From NCBI GenBank assembly GCA_010093995.1, contig ML992507.1, positions 875,353 through 926,597 of the forward strand: a stretch of DNA of 51,245 nucleotides. Reading direction: 5' to 3'. Under the pieces are notes generated by a model, which saw nothing but the letters and a program-made list of their open reading frames with translations, was not told the DNA's origin and made no database searches. How positions within the stretch are numbered: position 1 is the stretch's first letter; each line of letters opens with the position of its first letter. This DNA is from Elsinoe ampelina (taxonomy: Eukaryota). Both the position numbers and the translations under genes were made by a program. Shown here piece after piece: positions 45,310 through 51,245 of the stretch.

Positions 45310-46737
45310 ATGGTATTCACGCTACAATCCCTTGTTGCTGTGGCTGCGGCAGTTGCTCTCTGTAGCGCTCAGAGTGTGCTCCAGGTATAGAACGTGACGT
45401 TCAACTCTACTTTCAGTCTATCTCAACAACAGATTCAAGATGCCAATCTCACCGATGTTGAGGCCAACAACTTCGAGATACTACTCAATTTCGAACGATC
45501 CAACTGGGCTGGTGGATCAGTACGAGGGGATACCTTCTATGATGTTCCGGATGACTTTGATCCGCTCAATCCACCTCCACCAGGAACAATCTTAAAAGTC
45601 GAAGCGAGGACCAATACTTCGTTATACACTATCGCACCCACGTTAGCTCTGTCGAGATTTCTTTACACGACTGAAACTCTGAATGGCACATCGATTCCAG
45701 CATCAGCATACTTGCTCTGGCCGTTCACTCCTCGAAAGTTCTCCAAGATCACCTGTAACAGCAATGGTACCGTCTTCCCACTCATCGGTATGGCTCATGG
45801 TACATCTGGTCAGAATGCTGAGTGTGCTCCGTCGCACATTCGATCTCTCTATGGAGACTTCTCGGAACCTTTCACTCTTGCATTAAACGGATACGCTGTG
45901 GTCGTACCGGACTACGCAGGCCTCGGAGTCTCTGGCGTTCCCACACCGTACTTTGTCTTCCCTTCTCACGCCAATGATCTCATGCATGCTATTAATGCGG
46001 CACAGTCAGCCTTTCCGAGCCTGAGTAAAGAATTCGTCGTCATGGGTCAAAGCCAAGGCGGAGGAGTCGCCTGGTCATATGCACAGCGACAAGCTCAGAA
46101 GCCAGCTGCGGGATATCTAGGCACAGTCGCGGTGTCACCTTTCACGGATCTGCCCGCCAATATCATGGCCAACGATATAGGCCAGCGAAATGGTAGAGTG
46201 GTTGGTATCGCTCAAGGTATCGACTCTGTCCTGCCCAACTTTACAGCCTCGGAATGGATAACTCCTGGAGGTCTCGGCAGATACAATCTGGTCAAGAACA
46301 CCTCGGCATGCAGCACCGCCGGTGGTAACCTCTTCCGCACAAGTGGTCAAATACTCAAGGACGATTGGGAGAAGACAGCTTCTGCGCAGTGGTACTTCAA
46401 CGTCTCGAGCAACGGCAAGAAGCCTTTCGCAGGACCCATGCTTGTTTTGCAAGGCAGTATCGACGCTAATGCCAATGTCAATGTGACAAGAAAAGCAGTG
46501 GACGAGACTTGTGCTTTATTACCGAACAACAGCCTGGAGTACATTGAGTATACTGGGGCTGCTCATGTGCCGACCCTGTACTCTTCGCAACATGTCTGGC
46601 TGGACTGGATCAGGGATCGATTCGATGGCAGGAGAGCACAGAAGGGCTGTTCGAAGGAGACACTCACTGCTGCTACTGGTGTTGCGAATGGGGCAAGTCA
46701 GAATTGGTTGATATTGTACGATTTGTATGGAGTGTGA
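45310..46737 (+). pseudogene. Secreted LIP-family lipase (alpha/beta hydrolase) with an in-frame TAG at codon 27
   Basis: ATG at 45310 encodes signal peptide MVFTLQSLVAVAAAVALCSAQ, in frame with the 45394-46737 ORF but split by TAG at 45388-45390. Motifs AHGTSG, PDYAGLG, GQSQGG nucleophile elbow, VLQGSID, GAAH. Confidence 0.75.
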
Positions 46738-47054
46738 GGACTGTAGGTAGACTCTGTTCAATTCCTCTGTTCCCAAATGCTATCATGCAAACGGTCACAG
46801 ACATGATACTTGTCCTCGAAAGAGGTATGGTGGGTCCTGCAGGCAGCCGAAGAGGTAAGGACGATTGTGGTTCCTGCCAATCCAAGCTTCTCGTTTGCTG
46901 CGCTAAATTGGGTCCCAGCTTCCCGGGACTCACAGAGCTCACTACCCATATCACATGTAAGTCTTCCTCCCGTCGACCACCTCCCACTTTGAAAACCTTT
47001 ACATCCTACACGACAATTTCTCACACAGCAGTACCTCACTACTAGGCCATCAGC

Positions 47055-47879
47055 ATGGCTTATGAATGCGACTACGGCAACTGCCACCGAACATTCACAA
47101 CATGGCATGCCTGCGAGCAGCACATGGATGCCAAAAATCATTGGGTATGGACATACGAATGTGACACCTGCTCAGACCGATTCTTCACAGAGCGCTCTGC
47201 CGAACAGCACATGGAAGCAAAGGATCACTATCGCTATGACTACGACTGCGAGCACTGCAATTACGCATTCCGAACCAGAGAAGGAAGAGACGGGCACGAG
47301 AAAGAAGATCATCCTTACTGCGAAGAGTGCGATCGATACTTTGACAACGCCGGCAACTTACGAAACCACCTCAACTCCAAGATCCACCAAGGGAAGAAAG
47401 TTAGGTGCCCCTTCTGCAAAGCAGACTTCACTGCAGCCTCCGGTGTGACCCACCATCTCGAAACTTCTTCCTGCCCGAAAGCCCCTCAGCTCAATCGCCA
47501 GGTCATCCACAGCGAGCTCAAACAGAGAGATCCAAGGGGAGTCATCACTGGAAGATATTTGGAGTACAATGATAGCTCGCTCAATCCTGACTGGGACCCA
47601 TACACGGCTTGGAACGGCCGCTACTACGAATGTTACGTCTGTCACAAAGGGTTCGACAAAGCTATGAGCCTGCGCCAACACCTCGACAGCCCAACGCATC
47701 AGTCTCCTCTATATCACTGTCCGAACAAGCGTGGCAATTGCAACAAGGAATTTCTCACACTGGGAGCTCTGCTCAATCACCTAGAAAGCGAGAGCTGTGG
47801 ATACGTCAAGTTCGCTACCGTCAGATCGAATGTTAACGGCTTTCTGTCTGGTGGCAAGCAGAATCTTGTGAAGTTCTGA
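47055..47879 (+). CDS. Multi-C2H2 zinc-finger protein
   Basis: About seven C-x2-C...H-x3-5-H/C units, e.g. CDTCSDRFFTERSAEQHMEAKDH, CEECDRYFDNAGNLRNHLNSKIH, CYVCHKGFDKAMSLRQHLDSPTH. Confidence 0.92.
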   Translation: MAYECDYGNCHRTFTTWHACEQHMDAKNHWVWTYECDTCSDRFFTERSAEQHMEAKDHYRYDYDCEHCNYAFRTREGRDGHEKEDHPYCEECDRYFDNAGNLRNHLNSKIHQGKKVRCPFCKADFTAASGVTHHLETSSCPKAPQLNRQVIHSELKQRDPRGVITGRYLEYNDSSLNPDWDPYTAWNGRYYECYVCHKGFDKAMSLRQHLDSPTHQSPLYHCPNKRGNCNKEFLTLGALLNHLESESCGYVKFATVRSNVNGFLSGGKQNLVKF

Positions 47880-48574
47880 TGAGGTTGTGGAGGAATCGTA
47901 GTCGCTGGCGAAGACATCTGCATCGCCAAGTGCAAAGTGAAGAAGGATCATGGAGCAGGCGTGGACATGGCCAGGAGCCCGCAAAGTATCGAAGCAACGG
48001 CAACACAGAGTGTGGACTAAGGTCGACGCAACCGTGAGATACACAGAAGCAATCACATCGTCTTGCAATCTCATTGACCAGTGGCCGCATCTTCATTGTT
48101 GTGAGCCATATGGAGAAGGCATCGACTGAAATGAAGTTTTGAGAAGTCGGTAACTCGTCCGACAAGAGTGTGGGGTTCAAGCTTTCTGCCCTGCATGGCA
48201 TGACATCATTTTCGAGATTCCCATGTCAGGATTTTTTGAGTCAAGAGCTGCAAACACTACATTTCTCGTTCGAAGACAGTTCACTCTTCCTGGTCTTTAT
48301 CCTATACATTCCCATCGGGCGGTGCGTCTTCCATCGACGCTACCTAAAATAACATACCGACTAGCTTTCGTGTTCGTAAGTACGGAGATCTCTCGGTTTA
48401 GCTTCAGTCGCTCTCCTTAGCTTGGTCGATCACTTCGTATTCGCATACTTCCCAGAAACATACGACACTGCACGAACAACTTGAGAAAATATTAAATACT
48501 AACTATAAAGCGCGACTACTGCGTAACTTAACGTTACCTGCCTATTCATGCTGCCAACTCTCGCAATAGTCATC

Positions 48575-49800
48575 ATGCATCTCTTTTTACACATGTTACT
48601 AAGCCATCTTGCACTTGCTGCCTCAGTCCCGCGCGGAGAAGCCTCTACATGCTCAAATCCCACCATCAGAAGAGAGTGGCGTCAGCTATCACCCGTTGAG
48701 CAGCAGAACTACATCGATGCAGTCCTCTGTCTCAAGACCAAGCCCTCAAGAATCGGGCTCAACTCCTCCCTGTACGACGACTTCCCCTACGTCCATAACC
48801 AGCTTAACCTGGAGAGTAAGTCCTTTCCCGACGATGATTGAGAGGACTAGTTGAATCATCTGACACATGTCACCTGCTAGTCCACTTCGTTGCCTCATTT
48901 CTTCCGTGGCACCGTTATTTTGTTCATATCTACGAGACAGCTCTAAAGACCGAATGCGGCTACAGTGGCAGCGCCGTGTAAGATTCTGATCATGAGAGAT
49001 GGCCTTCCTCCGGCTAATATAACCCTAGCTACTGGGACTGGACCCTCGACGTCGCCTCCGTCCCGTCGTCGCCTGTCTTCTCCCCCACATCCGGCTTCGG
49101 CGGCGATGGGAGCTGGAACAAGACCGTCAGAGTCGACCAATTCTCACTGCGAAGATGTGTCGTCGACGGCCCTTTCGCGGACATCACCAACGAATATTTC
49201 GGCGACTCTAGAACGCCTCACTGCCTCATGCGAAGTTTCAATAACGGGACAGAGCAAGTGGGAGACATGTTCAGCCCGAATTACACGCCACAGAAGATCG
49301 AGGAGATTCAACAGCTTCCCGACTACGATGCATATCGGAGGAAACTGGAGGGTACGCCTCATGGAGCGATACATTCGTCCTTGGGAGGGGACATGATTCC
49401 TTCCACGTCTCCAAACGGTGAGTTCACCCCACTTGACCGAGTTGCGACTCGTTTCTTAGCTGCACCTGTGGTAACTTATAAGTTACGCAACCACTGTTTC
49501 GCTCCACCACAACCGGTGCCGCATACACAGCACGTCCTCAACACCGCTGACTAGTGGAATATAGATCCTCTCTTCTTCCTCCATCACACTCAGATCGACT
49601 GTCTCTGGTGGCTTTGGCAGACGGAGAAACCGGAGAGGTTCGCCGAGTATGCAGGAATCAGGACGCAGGATCAGTTCAACGGTGTGACTCCGCCTGCTGC
49701 AAGCAAGACTGACCTGATGAAGATGGGAGGTCTGGCGGAAGATGCAACGGTGGAAGAATATCTGACCAGTTCGAAGAATGGAATGTGCTATGGATATTGA
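48575..49800 (+). CDS. Secreted short tyrosinase/catechol oxidase (type-3 di-copper); 4 exons
   Basis: Signal peptide; RREWRQLS; CuA YDDFPYVH...IH....FLPWHR; YWDW; CuB PHGAIH and SPNDPLFFLHH. Introns 48816-48880, 48978-49028 and 49418-49564. Stop at 49798-49800. Alternative start at 48548. Confidence 0.9.
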
Positions 49801-50745
49801 GATAAGTTAAGTTATAATTTAAGGAAGAGATCGGAAGAACGAATTCATCCGCCAAGTGTCACCGGCCGTTGTGCTCAAGAGAAATTGTATGGACCAAATC
49901 AAGACCGATAGAACAATTGGACGACTGCATAGACACGAATTGTTCTAAATTGACGTCAATAAAGAAGACACTCGTCGAGAAAAGAATAGCAAATGGCAGG
50001 GACAATCCTAGAAAGCAGAACCGAGCTCCAATGGGCGCAAAACAGCTGCGACGTCAAATGTGACGTCCATGACTGACCATCGAATGCAAGCAAGAATGGG
50101 AGACGGTCATCAGAAGCGACTGTCGCAATGTGTCGCTCATGCACAGAAGTCAAAATCGGGGGACAAATCTCTTGCTGTAAGTCGGCTTGACAGATGACCG
50201 GATTGAGCGATATACAGTTGCCTGTATCCCTACGTGCGCCGTTATTGTGTTCTATAGGCCGTGTAAACAAAGGTTGGCGAAGGTGGGGCTGTGTTGGCCG
50301 CGTCTTCATTTGGTGATCTGCTCCTGTCCAGTTAAAGATTCATTTCGAAACAATGTCTTGACCTTGATGAAGGTGTTTGATCAACGCGGATCGAGGTCTG
50401 TGGACGATGCGCTGCAGGACTTTTCAGATTGAATGTTCGTCAGTCGCGGCAATTTGTCTGGCCTCTCATGCGAGACCGAATCAGCTGAGTTAACTTAGTT
50501 AACTTAGGTTCAGTTAAGTTAAGTTACTGGCGCTCTCCAGAACGGGGTGCTCAGAAACTCCCGTTCTCAAAAGTGCCGTTCGCAAAGAATGTTCTGTTCG
50601 GAAGTCCCGCTTGCTTAAAAAGGTTCATTTCAAGAAGTTCGCCTGTTCTGCTGGTTCCAAGTCTCCTTCGTGCTGATATAAGTTACTGCCATGCCCAAAT
50701 CTGCCGTCACACTTCAACGAGGAAGTTCTTCCATGATGAATGTTA

Positions 50746-51245
50746 ACGTCGCGCGCCCACGAGTCGCGCACGCCCACAAGTCGCGCACGTAAAAAGGTAC
50801 TTTTGAACAAGAATAGTCAATTACTCTATCAAATTAAGCTAGCTCGTCTTCTGAGTCGTCAGGTACCTCAATAGGTTCTTCGTCTTCCGATACCTCCGGT
50901 GTAGGATCTGGCGTAAGTGATTTTTTACGCTTTTTGCCCTTCTTCTTCTTCGTCTCTTCTTCGGCTTTACGAAGGATATCGATCGTTTCTTGCTCACTAA
51001 AGACGAACCGGCCTTCGACAGCGACGCGCTTACTACTCTTCTTACGCTTACGCGTCTCTAGAAGCTGGCGCTGTTGGTGAACCTCCCGTTGAAGTAGTGA
51101 TAAGGCCGCCGTCGACGATTCTATCTGTGACGTCATTTTTGAGATATATCGCTTTACTGGTGATTCGACGTCGACGACGGCCATCCGTGCGTTCAGACTA
51201 CGGTTGACCGTACGTAAACTTGCGCCGGATTGTGGCGACCCTAAC
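50746..51245 (-). mobile_element. 3' end of a Fot1/pogo-like DNA transposon, not RIPed, continuing beyond the window
   Basis: TA|ACGT terminus with an internal direct repeat (CCCACnAGTCGCGCACG x2, ~50756-50789). The minus-strand ORF ending at 50834 has a basic/acidic transposase-type tail (RKRKKSSKRVAVEGRFVFS...KKKGKKRKK). Confidence 0.65.

Noticed and set aside
40112..49800. Oxidoreductase, lipase, zinc-finger and tyrosinase genes as a secondary-metabolite cluster
   Set aside because: No PKS, NRPS, terpene synthase or RiPP precursor in the window, and primary-metabolism genes are interspersed.

Overview
Filamentous-ascomycete genomic DNA (probably Dothideomycete; inferred from ~50-nt GT-AG introns, gene content and RIP). 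Three GC-balanced gene blocks hold about 15 protein-coding genes: a membrane protein head-to-head with an HSPA12-like Hsp70, GPI-anchored PEBP, ethanolamine kinase, CLC transporter, SAM methyltransferase, OLA1, a Cys-rich GPI protein, VRL1-type VPS9-ankyrin-PX-BAR, a URA1-like flavoenzyme, FMO, SBPase/FBPase, a secreted lipase with an in-frame stop, a C2H2 protein and a tyrosinase-like protein. Two AT-rich RIP-mutated islands separate the blocks. The first is a pogo/Tigger-like transposon (7920-16652) with a complete Ty3/Gypsy chromovirus nested in it (8612-15301, GTAAC TSD). The second is a ~9-kb TIR-bounded hAT element with extra cargo (26763-35744). An un-RIPed Fot1-like transposon starts at 50746 and runs off the window. 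Best leads: a possible membrane sensor/GrpE-like plus HSPA12-like two-gene module, an intron-containing antisense Zn-cluster-like gene inside the retrotransposon, the cargo-bearing hAT, and a non-AUG mitochondrial extension plus a structured intronic RNA in OLA1. All gene models were spliced by eye; no database searches were run.
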